Part shown: positions 21,442 through 32,821 of the stretch, piece after piece
Position numbering within the stretch: position 1 is the first letter of the stretch
Layout of the letters: every line of letters begins with the position of its first letter
Origin: Polyangiales bacterium
GTDB lineage: Bacteria; Myxococcota_A; Polyangia; Polyangiales; JADJQN01
Direction of reading: 5' to 3'
Assembly (NCBI GenBank): GCA_964202905.1
Contig: CAXNJO010000010.1
Coordinates: forward strand, 32,001-96,000
Length of the DNA: 64,000 bases
Notes under the pieces: generated by a model
Seen by the model: only the letters and a program-made list of their open reading frames with translations
Told to the model about the DNA's origin: nothing
Databases searched by the model: none
Program-made: the position numbers and the translations under genes

Positions 21442-21726
21442 ATGGACTCGAACCACGGCTGGGGAGCGGGAGGCGGGCTCGGCACGCGCCCGGGGATGAT
21501 GATCGCGTACACCATCGTCGAGCGCGGTGAGAAGAAGTACTGGGTGCGCTGCGGCGCGGCCTTCCACAACCGCGACGGCTCGCTGAACGTGCGTCTCGAC
21601 GCGCTGCCGGTGAACGGCCAGATCCAGCTCCGCGTGTGGACGGCCGAGGACGACGCGCGGCCCCGCCGCTCGAACGGCCACGGGCACCACGACGACGCGG
21701 TCCCCGCGGATCTGCTCGCCGGCTGA
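21442..21726 (+). CDS. Small conserved-looking hypothetical protein (beta-rich, possibly nucleic-acid binding)
   Basis: AYTIVERGEKKYWVRCGAAFHNRDGSLNVRLDALPVNGQIQLR; GGAGG upstream of ATG 21442; alternative start 21496. Confidence 0.7.
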   Translation: MDSNHGWGAGGGLGTRPGMMIAYTIVERGEKKYWVRCGAAFHNRDGSLNVRLDALPVNGQIQLRVWTAEDDARPRRSNGHGHHDDAVPADLLAG

Positions 21727-21859
21727 GGTCACTGCGCGCGGCACGGCGCCGCGAACACTCGTGCGCGGGCAGGCCCCGCGCGATGCGTGGTGCGCGCGAT
21801 GGTCGCGGGCACCCTCGTCACGCTCGAACTAGAAAACACAGACAGCCAGGAGAATCAGG

Positions 21860-22318
21860 ATGATGAACCAGCGGAACCTGCAGAAGCCCCTCCCCTTCCT
21901 CGCCGCGGCGCTCGCGGCGCTGCTCGGCGTCGGTCTCGCCACCAGCGTCTCCGCGCAGGCGCGCCCGGCGCGGCCCGCGCCCGCGCAGGCGACGGCGCCC
22001 GCGACCGTGGGCGAAGAGGGCGTCGTGAACGTCAACGCCGCGACCGCCGACGAGCTGATGCGCCTGCCGGGCATCGGCCCCTCGAAGGCCGCGGCAATCC
22101 TCGCGCTGCGCGCGCGGCTCAACGGCCAGCGCTTCGGGCGGGTCGAGGACCTGCTTCGGGTGCGCGGAATCGGCCGCGCGACCCTGCGCAAGCTGCGCCC
22201 GCTGATGGCGCTGAGCGGACCGACCACGTACGTCGAGCGGACCCGAGGGGCGGCGCGGCGCCCGGCCGGCAACGAGGGCGGCGACGGCGGCGAGGCGCTC
22301 GACGAAGCCGGCGAGTGA
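21860..22318 (+). CDS. comEA: ComEA-family helix-hairpin-helix DNA-binding protein
   Basis: Signal peptide, VNVNAATADELMRLPGIGPSKAAAIL...VEDLLRVRGIGRATLRKL. Confidence 0.9.
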   Translation: MMNQRNLQKPLPFLAAALAALLGVGLATSVSAQARPARPAPAQATAPATVGEEGVVNVNAATADELMRLPGIGPSKAAAILALRARLNGQRFGRVEDLLRVRGIGRATLRKLRPLMALSGPTTYVERTRGAARRPAGNEGGDGGEALDEAGE

Positions 22319-22502
22319 CGCACCTCCACCGCGCGTGACAGGTGGCCGGAGCGCGTTCCCCTCCGCGGGGTGCGCGCTTCGGCGCCGGTCAGCAACCCAC
22401 GTCCCTTTCGCGACGCGGCGCCGGGCGCGACGCGGCGGGCCCTCCGAGGGGACGGTCACGCACGCCCCGGCGCCGCGGCCGCGCGTGCTAGCTTCGCGCG
22501 CG

Positions 22503-22991
22503 ATGACGGACACGGTGATCCGGCGCGCGCATCGGGGCGATCTCGCGCAGGTCCTTCGCTTCCATCACGCGCTCTACATCGCGCACCGCGACGCGATCAT
22601 GCCGGCCGCCCTCGCCGACTTCTACGCGTACCGCCGCTTCCCCGAGGCGCTCCGCGACGACGTGGACGCGCTGCTGCGATCGCCGCGGTCGGTCGTCCTC
22701 CTCGCCGAGCGCGCGGGAGAGGCGGTCGGCTACGTCACGGGGCACCACGAAGACGACGACGAGCGGCGCGTGCTGCGTCGCAAGGGCATCGTCGAGGACT
22801 GGTACGTCGCCCCGGAAGCGCGTGGCGCAGGGCTCGGCGCGCTGCTGCTCGAGGCGCTCGCGGAGGCCTTCCGCGCGGCGGGGTGCGAGGTGCTCGAGTC
22901 GGCAACCTGGCCCTTCAACGCCGGGGCGCGGCGCGCGCACGAGGCGCTCGGATTCCAGGAGATCGAGGTCAAGTACCGTCGCCGGCTCTGA
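22503..22991 (+). CDS. GNAT-family N-acetyltransferase
   Basis: VEDWYVAPEARGAGLGALLL (motif A), NAGARRAHEALGF. Confidence 0.85.
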   Translation: MTDTVIRRAHRGDLAQVLRFHHALYIAHRDAIMPAALADFYAYRRFPEALRDDVDALLRSPRSVVLLAERAGEAVGYVTGHHEDDDERRVLRRKGIVEDWYVAPEARGAGLGALLLEALAEAFRAAGCEVLESATWPFNAGARRAHEALGFQEIEVKYRRRL

Positions 22992-23101
22992 AGGCGGGCG
23001 GGCGGGGCAAGGCGGGGGCGCGGCCGCGCGCGGTCCGGCCGCGTCGCGAATCGAGGTTGGTCAGGTGTGCGCGCCGCCCGCCGCGCATGGGCGGCTCGTC
23101 G

Positions 23102-23768
23102 TCAGGCAGTCGGTGCGCGCTCGAGGGACGCGAGCGCCTCGAGCACGGGCGCGAGCGCGGCGCGCTTCAGCTTGAAGGCGGCGCGGTTCGCGACCACCAC
23201 GCTCGAGACGTCGCAGACGTGCTCGGTCACGACGAGCCCGTTTTGCCGGAGCGTCTCGCCGCTCTCGACGAGATCGACGATGACGTCGGCGAGCCCGGTG
23301 ACCGGCGCGAGCTCGACCGAGCCCTGCACGTAGATGATCTCGACGTTTCGGCCGCTCGCGAGGAAGTGCCGGGCGGCGATGTTCGCGAACTTCGTCGCGA
23401 CGCGGAGCGGCTCGCGCGGCGGCGCCGGTCTCGGCAGGCCCGCGACGACCATCTTGCAGATGCCGATGCCGAGGTCGATGGGCGCGTAGAGGTCGTACTC
23501 GCGCTCGAGCAGCACGTCGCGCCCGACCACACCGAGATCGGCGACGCCGAACTCCACGTAGGTCGGGACGTCGTCGGGCTTCAGCAGCAGGAAGCGCAGC
23601 CCGGTGCGCGGGTCTTCGCGCACGAGGCGGCGATCGTCGGCGAGGAGCGTCTGCGGATCGACGCCCATCGTCGCGAGGCGCGGCGCGAGCTGCTTGAGCA
23701 CGCGGCCTTTCGGGACGGCGACCGTGACGGTGGCGCCCCCCCCGGCCGCCGCGACGGACCGCACGGAC

Positions 23769-23776
<8 letters not shown>
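23102..23776 (-). CDS. hisG: ATP phosphoribosyltransferase, short form
   Basis: [67 protein letters not shown]. Confidence 0.95.
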
Positions 23777-25034
<1,258 letters not shown>

Positions 25035-25083
25035 GCGCGCTGCGTAACCCAGACGCGCAAGCGCATCAAGGACGCGCGCGCCC

Positions 25084-25740
25084 TCAGGCGAGCGCGAGCC
25101 CCGCGACGAACGCCGCGAAGCCGATGGCCATGATCGCCCCGAAACGTCGCGCCTCGGGCACGCGGAGCCGCGCCTCGTCGTCCACGCCGCGCCGGAGGAG
25201 GCCGAGCGCGCCGCCGATCCATGCCGCGAAGCCAGCGAGGAGCAGGAGCACCGGGAGGCGCGCCGGATCCGCGGCGCGCGCGCGCTCGAGGGCGCGGAGG
25301 TAGGCCTGCTCGCGCGCCGCACGTCCGACGGCTGCGTCGACAGGGGGTGGGTCGTCCGCGGCGAGCGCGGCGAGGTGCGCGTCGGCCTCGGTGAGCGCGG
25401 CGTCGTGCGGCACGTACAGCGACCGCGACGCGAGCACGGCCGCGTGCACGGCGCGCCACGCCGCGAGGGCCCGTGCCGTCTCGCCCGCGGACTCGGACTC
25501 CCGCGCGATCGCGGCGAGGGCGCGGAGCGACGCGGCGACGTGCGGACTCCCGGGCACGTAGAGCCGCGCAGCCCGCCGGTAGTGGACGATCGCGCCGTCG
25601 AGGTCCCCCGACGCACGCAGCTGCTCGGCGCGCGCATGCTCGTCGTGCGAGGCCGCGAGCACCCGCACCGCGAGCAGCACGAGCAGCGCGGCGACGACCA
25701 CGGACGCGCGCCCGACGAGGCGCGCCGCGGGCCCGCTCAC
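25084..25740 (-). CDS. Hypothetical membrane protein with a TPR-like segment
   Basis: N-terminal [22 protein letters not shown], two C-terminal TMs; overlaps upstream permease. Confidence 0.6.
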   Translation of the reverse strand: MSGPAARLVGRASVVVAALLVLLAVRVLAASHDEHARAEQLRASGDLDGAIVHYRRAARLYVPGSPHVAASLRALAAIARESESAGETARALAAWRAVHAAVLASRSLYVPHDAALTEADAHLAALAADDPPPVDAAVGRAAREQAYLRALERARAADPARLPVLLLLAGFAAWIGGALGLLRRGVDDEARLRVPEARRFGAIMAIGFAAFVAGLALA

Positions 25741-26648
25741 GTGAGATCCCGGCGGCGGAACACGAACACGCCGAGCGCGAGGAGCGCCGTGGCGTAGAGC
25801 AGCGCATAGCTGAGCGACGTCGCGAGGTAGCCGAGCACCGGCCCCTCGACGACGCGCCGCGAGGGGACGAAGAGGTTCAGGTTGGGGACCACGTTCGCGA
25901 GGGCGTGCATCAGCTCGCGCACCTCGACCGGCACCGTCCGCGATTTGATCGTGGCGAGCTCGTCCGCCGAGCGGCCGACGAGCCAGACGCCGAACGTGAG
26001 CGCGCCGGTGAGGAACGGCGTCGAGAACGACGAGAAGAGCATCGCGACCGCGGCGACGACGAGCACCTCGCCGAGGCTGAGCGCGAAGCGGGCGAGCGGC
26101 GGCGCGAGGGGCACGCCCACCGACGCCGCGAGCGCGGCCGCGGCCGCGAGCAGGCCGAGCGCGACCGGCAGCAGCGCCGCCGTGCGATCCTTCGCGCGCC
26201 AGACGAGCACGCCGGCGAGCCCCGCCGCGAGCACGGGCCCGAGGCCCAGCACGAGCGTCATCGACCCGCGCTGCACGGCCATCACCCAGAGCTGCACGGC
26301 CCCCATCAGCGCGACGAAGACCGACGCGGTGAGCGCGATGCCGAGGTATTTCCCGACGAGGAACTCCGCGCGCGCGATGGGCTTCGGGAGGATGACGTAG
26401 AGCGTCTTGCGCTCGATCTCTTTGTAGAGGAGCGACGAGCCGAGGAAGATGGCGATCACCACCGAAAAGAGCGAGATGCTCGCGTAGCCGAGGTCCGCGA
26501 CCACGCGCCGCTGTTCGCCGAGCGAGAGTTCGCCGAGCGCGAGCGAGAAGAGCAGGTTGAAGACGGAGAAGCCGAGCACCCCGTAGAGCACCCGATCACG
26601 GATGGCTTCACGGAAGGTGTTGAGCGCGATCGCGTACGTGCGGAGCAT
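25737..26648 (-). CDS. ABC-2 type transporter permease (PilI-like)
   Basis: IALNTFREAIRDRVLY, KEIERKTLYVILPKPIARAEFLVGKYLG, VFRRRDL. Confidence 0.85.
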   Translation of the reverse strand: MLRTYAIALNTFREAIRDRVLYGVLGFSVFNLLFSLALGELSLGEQRRVVADLGYASISLFSVVIAIFLGSSLLYKEIERKTLYVILPKPIARAEFLVGKYLGIALTASVFVALMGAVQLWVMAVQRGSMTLVLGLGPVLAAGLAGVLVWRAKDRTAALLPVALGLLAAAAALAASVGVPLAPPLARFALSLGEVLVVAAVAMLFSSFSTPFLTGALTFGVWLVGRSADELATIKSRTVPVEVRELMHALANVVPNLNLFVPSRRVVEGPVLGYLATSLSYALLYATALLALGVFVFRRRDLT

Positions 26649-26650
26649 GG

Positions 26651-27364
26651 TCAGTCCCCGGTGCCGGTGTCGCCGACGAGCTGCGAGCGCGTGCGCTCGC
26701 CGAAGAGCGCGCGACCCACGGCGAAGTGGCTCGTGACGTCGAGCAGCGCGAGCCAGACCGCGAAGGCGACGAGCCCGCTCAGCGCCCGCGCGAACAGCAA
26801 CTGCCCGTCGCGCCGCACGAGCCCGAGGGTGACGAGCGCCGCGGGCACGCCCTGCCCCGCGTGGAGGCAGACGGCCGCGAGCCCGACGGAGGCGAGCGCG
26901 ATGGAGGCAGGCGTGCCCGCCCGGAGCGAGAGCGTCTCGTAGACCTGCGCGGACGCACCGCCCCGCCAGAGGGGCACCGTCAGCGCCGCGAGGTGCGTGG
27001 CGAGGTAGCCCGCGGTGAGCACGCCCGTCACGCCCTGCAGCGTGCGCAGCCCCGCGCTCCCATAGGGCGCGGGGCCCGATGGAGAGGCGGCCGGCTCGCC
27101 CGCGCGCCCCGCCCAGCGCGCGAGGCCGAGCGCCGCGTGCACGACAAGCGGGGCCAGCACGAGCGCCGCCTTCACGGCGAGCCACGGGCGCGTGGTCGTC
27201 GCCTCGAGGCGCGCCCCGAACGCCGCGCGCCCCGCGAGGGCGGGCCAGGTCTCGGCCACGTGGAGCAGCAGGTAGCCCGCGAGCGGGAAGGCGCCGAGCG
27301 CGGCCTGCACGCGCGCGAGCCGTCGCGCGGCGAGCGGGGCTGCGGGTTCGGTGCGCGGCGCCAT
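26651..27364 (-). CDS. Succinate dehydrogenase cytochrome b (SdhC)-like membrane protein, orphan
   Basis: Five TMs with four His (YLLLH, PLVVH, YLATH, VCLH) and LQGVTGVL, typical of di-heme b558 anchors. Confidence 0.65.
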   Translation of the reverse strand: MAPRTEPAAPLAARRLARVQAALGAFPLAGYLLLHVAETWPALAGRAAFGARLEATTTRPWLAVKAALVLAPLVVHAALGLARWAGRAGEPAASPSGPAPYGSAGLRTLQGVTGVLTAGYLATHLAALTVPLWRGGASAQVYETLSLRAGTPASIALASVGLAAVCLHAGQGVPAALVTLGLVRRDGQLLFARALSGLVAFAVWLALLDVTSHFAVGRALFGERTRSQLVGDTGTGD

Positions 27365-27624
27365 CGGGGGACGGATGGTCCGTGGCCGCGGCGACGCGGT
27401 CAAGTCTCGCTCCGGACGTCGGTCGCGAACTCCCGACGCGTCCGGCGGATGCGCCGTGGGCGGTGTCCGCCCGCCCGGGTGACCGACGCGCGAGGCCCTG
27501 CGTCCCGCGCGCCGCGCCGCGGGCCGATGCGCGCTTGTCCGCTGCGGGCCGAGGCGTTAGCTTCGCCCGCGATGCGCCCGCTCCGAGGCCAGCACCGCGC
27601 GCGGCGCCTGCGTCAGGTCCACGC

Positions 27625-28566
27625 GTGACCGCGCCGGGCTTCCTGCTGCTCGCGAACCCGGCCGCGGGCGCAGGGCGCGCACGGGCGCGGCTCGCCGGCC
27701 TCGAGCGCCTGCTGCGTGCACGCGGCGCGCGGTTCGAGGTCGCGACCACCGATCGCCGCGGTCACGCGACGGACCTGACGCGGCGAGCGCTCGCGCGGGG
27801 CGTCGCAGGCGTCGCGGTGCTCGGCGGCGACGGCACGTTCAACGAGGCGGTCAACGGCTTCTTCGGGCCGGACGGCGCACGCCTCGGCGAGGGCGCGTGG
27901 CTCGCGCCGCTGCCCGCGGGGACGGGCGGCGATTTCCGGCGCGCGGCCGCGCTGCGCGACGATCTGCCCGGCATGGTCGACGTGCTGCTCGGCACGGCGG
28001 CCCGCCCGATCGATTGCGGCTGGCTGTCCTTCGTCGACGACGATGGCGCGCCGCGGCAGCGCGCCTTTCTCAACATCGCGAGTTTCGGCATGGGCGGCGT
28101 CGTCGATCGCGCCGTGAACCGCGCGCCGAAGTGGCTCGGCGGGCGCGCGACCTTCTTCCTCGGCACGCTGCACGGGCTGCGTACGTACACGAACCGGCCC
28201 GTGCGCGTCGTGCTCGACGACGGCCCGCCGCGCGAGACCGAGGTCGTGAACTTCGCGGTCGCGAACGGCCGCTTTTTCGGCGGCGGGATGCAGATCGCGC
28301 CCGACGCCGCGCTCGACGACGGCCTCTTCGACGTCGTCGGCCTCGAGCGCATGACGAAGCGCGAGACGATGGCGCTCTCCCGCACGATCTACCGGGGCGC
28401 GCACCTCGGCACACGCGGCGTCACCGTCGCGCGGGCGCGGCGGGTCCACGCCGAGCCGCTCGACCCGCGCGGCGAACCCGTGCTCCTCGACGTCGACGGC
28501 GAGGCGCCCGGCCGCCTGCCCGCGACGTTCGAGATGCGCGCCGGCGCGCTCCTGCTCCGCGCGTGA
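27625..28566 (+). CDS. Diacylglycerol kinase family (YegS/DagK) lipid kinase
   Basis: NPAAGAG, GGDGTFNEAVNG, PAGTGGDF, ANGRFFGGGM, DDGLFDV, DVDGE. Confidence 0.9.
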   Translation: MTAPGFLLLANPAAGAGRARARLAGLERLLRARGARFEVATTDRRGHATDLTRRALARGVAGVAVLGGDGTFNEAVNGFFGPDGARLGEGAWLAPLPAGTGGDFRRAAALRDDLPGMVDVLLGTAARPIDCGWLSFVDDDGAPRQRAFLNIASFGMGGVVDRAVNRAPKWLGGRATFFLGTLHGLRTYTNRPVRVVLDDGPPRETEVVNFAVANGRFFGGGMQIAPDAALDDGLFDVVGLERMTKRETMALSRTIYRGAHLGTRGVTVARARRVHAEPLDPRGEPVLLDVDGEAPGRLPATFEMRAGALLLRA

Positions 28567-28588
28567 GACACGCGTACCGGATGCGCCC

Positions 28589-30140
28589 GTGAACCGACTC
28601 GTCCACCGCCTCCGCGCCGCACGTCCGTGGGTGTTCGCCGCGCTCGCCGGCGTGCTCTACGCGCTCTCCGGCCCGCCGACGGAGCTCGGCGTCTTCGCGT
28701 TCTGCGCGGGGCCCTTCCTGCTCGCGGCCGTCGAGGAGGCGCGCACGCCGACGCGCGCGGCGTACGTCGCGGCGCTCGCCGGCTTCAGCTGCAACGTCAT
28801 CGTGCTCGGCTGGGTCGTGGGGCTGCTCGAGACCTTCGCGTACATGCCGCTCGTCGCCGCGCTGCCCATCGCCCTGCTGCTCTGGGCCGCGCAGTCGCTG
28901 CCCTTCTTCGCGGCGGGCGCCGTGACCTCCGCGCTCTCCGCGCGCGGCGTCGGGGCGCGGGGCGCCGCGCCGGCGTGGCTCGTGCTGCCGTTCGCGCTCT
29001 CGGCCGCGACGGTGCTCGTGCCCGCGATCTTCCCGTGGAACGTCGGCGCCGCGACGCTGCCGCTCCTCGCCTACGCGCAGCACGCCGAGCTCGGGGGCAT
29101 CGCGCTCGTCGACCTGACGCTCATGCTCGCCGGTGGCGGCCTGCTCGCCGCCGCGCGCGCGCTCCCTGCGCGCCGCCCGCGCCCCGCTCGTCGTGGGCCT
29201 GCTCGCGCTCGTCGTCCCCTTCGCGTACGGCGGCGTGCGGATCGCGCAGCTCGAGGCCGCGCGCGAAGCGGCGCCGCCGGTGCGCGTCGGCGTCGTGCAG
29301 CCGAACATCGGCATCTTCGAGAAGCACGACCCCTCGCTGCGCCGCGGACACCTCGCGCTGCTGCGCCGCATGACGGGGAGGCTCGAGCGCGACGGCGCGG
29401 AGCTCGTCGTCTGGCCGGAGACGGCCTATCCGTACTTCGTGTCGCGCGAGCCCACCGCGCAGGGCGACGGCTTCGTCGCGGCGCGGGGCACGGAGATCAA
29501 GGGGCCGCTGCTCGTCGGCGCGATCACGACGGACGGCGAGGCCCGCTTCAACTCCGCGATCGGCGTCGACGCCGACGGCCGCATCGCGGGCATCGCGGAC
29601 AAGGTCGAGCTGCTCGCGTTCGGCGAATACGTGCCGCTCTGGGACTGGCTGCCACCGCTCCGCACGTACTTCCCGTCGCGCGGGATCACGCCGGGCACAG
29701 CGCCGCGCGTGCTCACCGTCGCGGGACGCCGCGTCGCCGTCCTCAACTGCTACGAGGACGTGCTGCCGGGCTACGCGCGGCAGCTCGCGGCGTTCGCGCC
29801 GGCGCCCGACTTCTTCGTCAACGTCACCAACGACGCGTGGTTCGGCGACACGGCCGAGCCGCACCTCCACAACCACGTCGCCCGCCTCCGCGCGATCGAG
29901 ACGCGGCGCGACCTCGTGCGCGCCGTGAACACGGGCGTCAGCGCCCACATCTCGGCGACGGGCGAGGCGCTCGTGCGCACGCAGACCTTCATCCAGACGT
30001 CGTTCGTCGCGGACGTGCGCGTGCTCGACGGCGCGACGCCGTACACGCGCTTCGGCGATCTGCTCACGCCGTGCGGCTGCGCGCTGCTGCTCGCGCTCGC
30101 CGTCCGCGCCGCGCTCGAACGGCGCGCGCGTCTCCGCTGA
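28589..30140 (+). CDS. lnt: Apolipoprotein N-acyltransferase, frameshift near 29175
   Basis: TM N-half in frame 28589; VQPNI, WPETAYP, KVELLAFGEYVP, NCYED, NVTNDAWFG, RAVNTGVS in frame 29133. Confidence 0.9.
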
Positions 30141-30203
30141 GCAAGCGCATCGGGGAACGCTCCGGCGCGCCGCACGCCCCGAGAGGAGCGTGCGCGCCGT
30201 GCC

Positions 30204-31166
30204 TCAACGGCGCGGCGGATGCACCGCGTACAGGCGCCCGATCTCGCGCGCGTCCGCGAAGGTCTCGGCGCCGAGGCGGGCGAAGAACACCGAGGCGGCC
30301 TGGAGCGCGGCGAGCACGAGGCCCTCCGGCCCGCTGCGCCGCACGGCCCAGACCGCGCGGTCCTGCGCCGCGTCGAGCGTGCGCTCGGTGAGGTCGGTGG
30401 GCGCCGGGACGCGGGCGATCTCGAGCGCCTTCGCGAGCGCCTGGTGCGCGAGCGCGAGCACCGCGATGCGCTCGTCGAAGTCGCCACCTTCCATCTCGCG
30501 CCAGCGCGCCTTGCGCGGGCTCATCTGGCCGAGCACCGCGCGGAAGGCGTTCACCGCGTAGACCGCGGCGAGGCGACGGCGCTCCTCGTGGAGATCACGC
30601 AGGATGGCAAACGGATCGGCGCGACCCGCGTCGTCGGAGTGCTTCGCGATGATGCCGTTCACGAGGCTGAGGTGCGCCTCCGCGGAGAGGACCTCGTCCC
30701 ACGCGAAGACGGCGCGCAGGTCGCGCGGCGCGCTGCTGTAGCGCTCGAAGGACACGGCGAAGTCCTGGTCGGCTGCGATCCGCTCGACGACGATCGCGCC
30801 CCACGCGCCAGTGAGACGATCGACGAGCGTGTCGGCCGGTGCGACCACCGACTGCGCCTTCACGGGCTTCGCCGCGGCGGCCTTCGCGGCGGCGCCCTCG
30901 TTCGCGGTGTGCACGCGGATGGCACCCTTCCCGGCTGCGCGCGTCTCGGCCGCACGCCCCGCGGCTGCGCGCTTCTCGGCCGCCCGACCCACGGCGGCGC
31001 GCGTCTCCGCGGCAGGCGACGCCGCAGCACGGCCCGCTGCAGCCGGGGCCGCGCGGCGCGCCGCGTCACCGCGCGCCTTCGGACGCGCCGCTCCGTCGCG
31101 CGACTGGCCGCGCCGTGCGTCGTCACTTCCCTTGCCGCGCTTCGCCCCCGGGTCGGTCGCTCGCAT
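30204..31166 (-). CDS. Hypothetical protein with Ala/Arg/Lys low-complexity N-terminus
   Basis: Globular-looking C-terminal ~210 aa with typical codon usage; (GRAAETRAA)-type repeats; start uncertain. Confidence 0.55.
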   Translation of the reverse strand: MRATDPGAKRGKGSDDARRGQSRDGAARPKARGDAARRAAPAAAGRAAASPAAETRAAVGRAAEKRAAAGRAAETRAAGKGAIRVHTANEGAAAKAAAAKPVKAQSVVAPADTLVDRLTGAWGAIVVERIAADQDFAVSFERYSSAPRDLRAVFAWDEVLSAEAHLSLVNGIIAKHSDDAGRADPFAILRDLHEERRRLAAVYAVNAFRAVLGQMSPRKARWREMEGGDFDERIAVLALAHQALAKALEIARVPAPTDLTERTLDAAQDRAVWAVRRSGPEGLVLAALQAASVFFARLGAETFADAREIGRLYAVHPPRR

Positions 31167-31231
31167 CGCAGACGAGAATGCCGGATCGTGCGCGGCCGTG
31201 CCAGCGGAAGGGGCGCGCCGCGCGCACGCCG

Positions 31232-32122
31232 TCAGCGGCGGCGAAGACCGAGCAGCGTGAGCGGCTCGTCGGAGCGCGCGAAGGAGAGCGTCGCGCCCAT
31301 CTCGACGTTGACCGCGGCGTGCGGCCCGTCGAGGAAGAGCCGCGCCGCGCGCATCTTGCTCACGACGCGCAACGTGTCGTCGGGCGCGACCAGGCCGCGC
31401 ATGTGGCGGTAGCGGCGGCCATCCGCGAGGTAGGGCTCGCGCACGACGAACTGCAGACGCTGCGAGCCCACGGGGAGCACGCGCCCGCCCGCCGAGCGCT
31501 GCGCGGCCGTCGAGCCCGCCGCGGGGCCGACCCACAGGCCGCTCGAGCGCTGCTCCTCCTCGACGCCCGCGAAGCGAAGCAGGTAGCGCGAGGTCGCGGC
31601 CGGACACTCGTGGCAGAAGAGCGCGTCGTTGAGCACGCGGTTCGAGACCTCGGCGCCGTCGAGCTCGACGCGCATCCGCGTGAGGCGCGTCGCGCGGACG
31701 CGACCCGCGAGCGCGTCCGCGAGCACGTCGCCGAGCACGTCGCGCGTGCCGGCGCAGAAGAAGCCGACGCTGTCGCGCGGGGCGGTGTTCACGGCGATCA
31801 CGGGCACGTCGGGGCCGACCGCGTGCGACGCCCAGAGCAGCGTGCCGTCACCGCCGAGCGTCACGACGAGATCGAAGCCCTCCGCCGCGCCCACCTCCGC
31901 GCGGTAGCGGAAGACGGCGCGGGCGCCGAGCGCGCGGAGCAGCGCGCGCGCCGCCACGACCGTGCCGACGTGATCCTCGTGCGCGGCGCGGAGCCGCGCG
32001 ACGGTGACGTGGCGCTCGCGGAGCAACGCGGCGACCCGCGCCGAACGCCGCTCGCGCACGTAGATCTGAAACGCGGACTTCTTGTAGATGACGAGGACGC
32101 GCGGGCCGGTGCGGCGCGTCAC
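31232..32122 (-). CDS. nadK: NAD(+) kinase
   Basis: TLGGDGTLL, VLNDALF, SSGLWVGPAAGSTAAQRSAGG. Confidence 0.88.
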   Translation of the reverse strand: MTRRTGPRVLVIYKKSAFQIYVRERRSARVAALLRERHVTVARLRAAHEDHVGTVVAARALLRALGARAVFRYRAEVGAAEGFDLVVTLGGDGTLLWASHAVGPDVPVIAVNTAPRDSVGFFCAGTRDVLGDVLADALAGRVRATRLTRMRVELDGAEVSNRVLNDALFCHECPAATSRYLLRFAGVEEEQRSSGLWVGPAAGSTAAQRSAGGRVLPVGSQRLQFVVREPYLADGRRYRHMRGLVAPDDTLRVVSKMRAARLFLDGPHAAVNVEMGATLSFARSDEPLTLLGLRRR

Positions 32123-32811
32123 GGCGTCACGCTCCGCTCGGCGAGGCGGCGCAGCGCGACCTCGGTCTTGACGTCCGCGACGCGCCCGTCGCGCACGGCC
32201 GCGAGCGCGGCGGCGAGCGGGACGAAACACACGACCGCGTCGGCCTCGACCGGCGAGCCGTCCTCGGTGGGCGTGCCGGCCGCGCCCGGATCGACGTGCG
32301 CGACGAGGAAGTGGACCTTCTCGGCGAGCACGCCCGGGCTGAGCACCACCGCGGGGCCGAGCGCACTGAATGACGATTCAGCGACGTCGAGGCCCGTCTC
32401 TTCGAGCGTCTCGCGCGCCGCGCAGGCGCGGAGCCCCGCTTCGCCCCGCTCCTCGGGCTCGACGAGCCCCGCGGGCACCTCCCACACGACGGCGTGGGGC
32501 GACGGCTCCGCGAGCGGGAGCGCGTACCCCGGCCGAAACGCGAGCGGGGGTCGCAGCGCGCTGCGCAGGCACACGCGCGGCGCCTCGCCCGGGCCCCCCG
32601 GCGCGACGAGCACGATCGCGACGGCGTCCATCGCGTCGCGCTCGACGAGGTCGTAGCGGTAGGGGCGGCTGAGCGCGCCGTCGGGGCGCCGATTCTGCAG
32701 CGTCACGCGGCGCAGGCGGAGAAACCCCTCGTCCCCGCGCAGCGACCCGGAGTGATCCGCGAGCACGTCGACGTCGATGCGCGGGAGATCGGGGAGGGAA
32801 TCATCAGACAT
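32119..32811 (-). CDS. NUDIX hydrolase (ADP-ribose pyrophosphatase-like)
   Basis: WEVPAGLVEPEE...CAARETLEETGL Nudix box, SPGVLAEK, DVKTE. Confidence 0.88.
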   Translation of the reverse strand: MSDDSLPDLPRIDVDVLADHSGSLRGDEGFLRLRRVTLQNRRPDGALSRPYRYDLVERDAMDAVAIVLVAPGGPGEAPRVCLRSALRPPLAFRPGYALPLAEPSPHAVVWEVPAGLVEPEERGEAGLRACAARETLEETGLDVAESSFSALGPAVVLSPGVLAEKVHFLVAHVDPGAAGTPTEDGSPVEADAVVCFVPLAAALAAVRDGRVADVKTEVALRRLAERSVTP

Positions 32812-32821
32812 GGTGTCGGTC

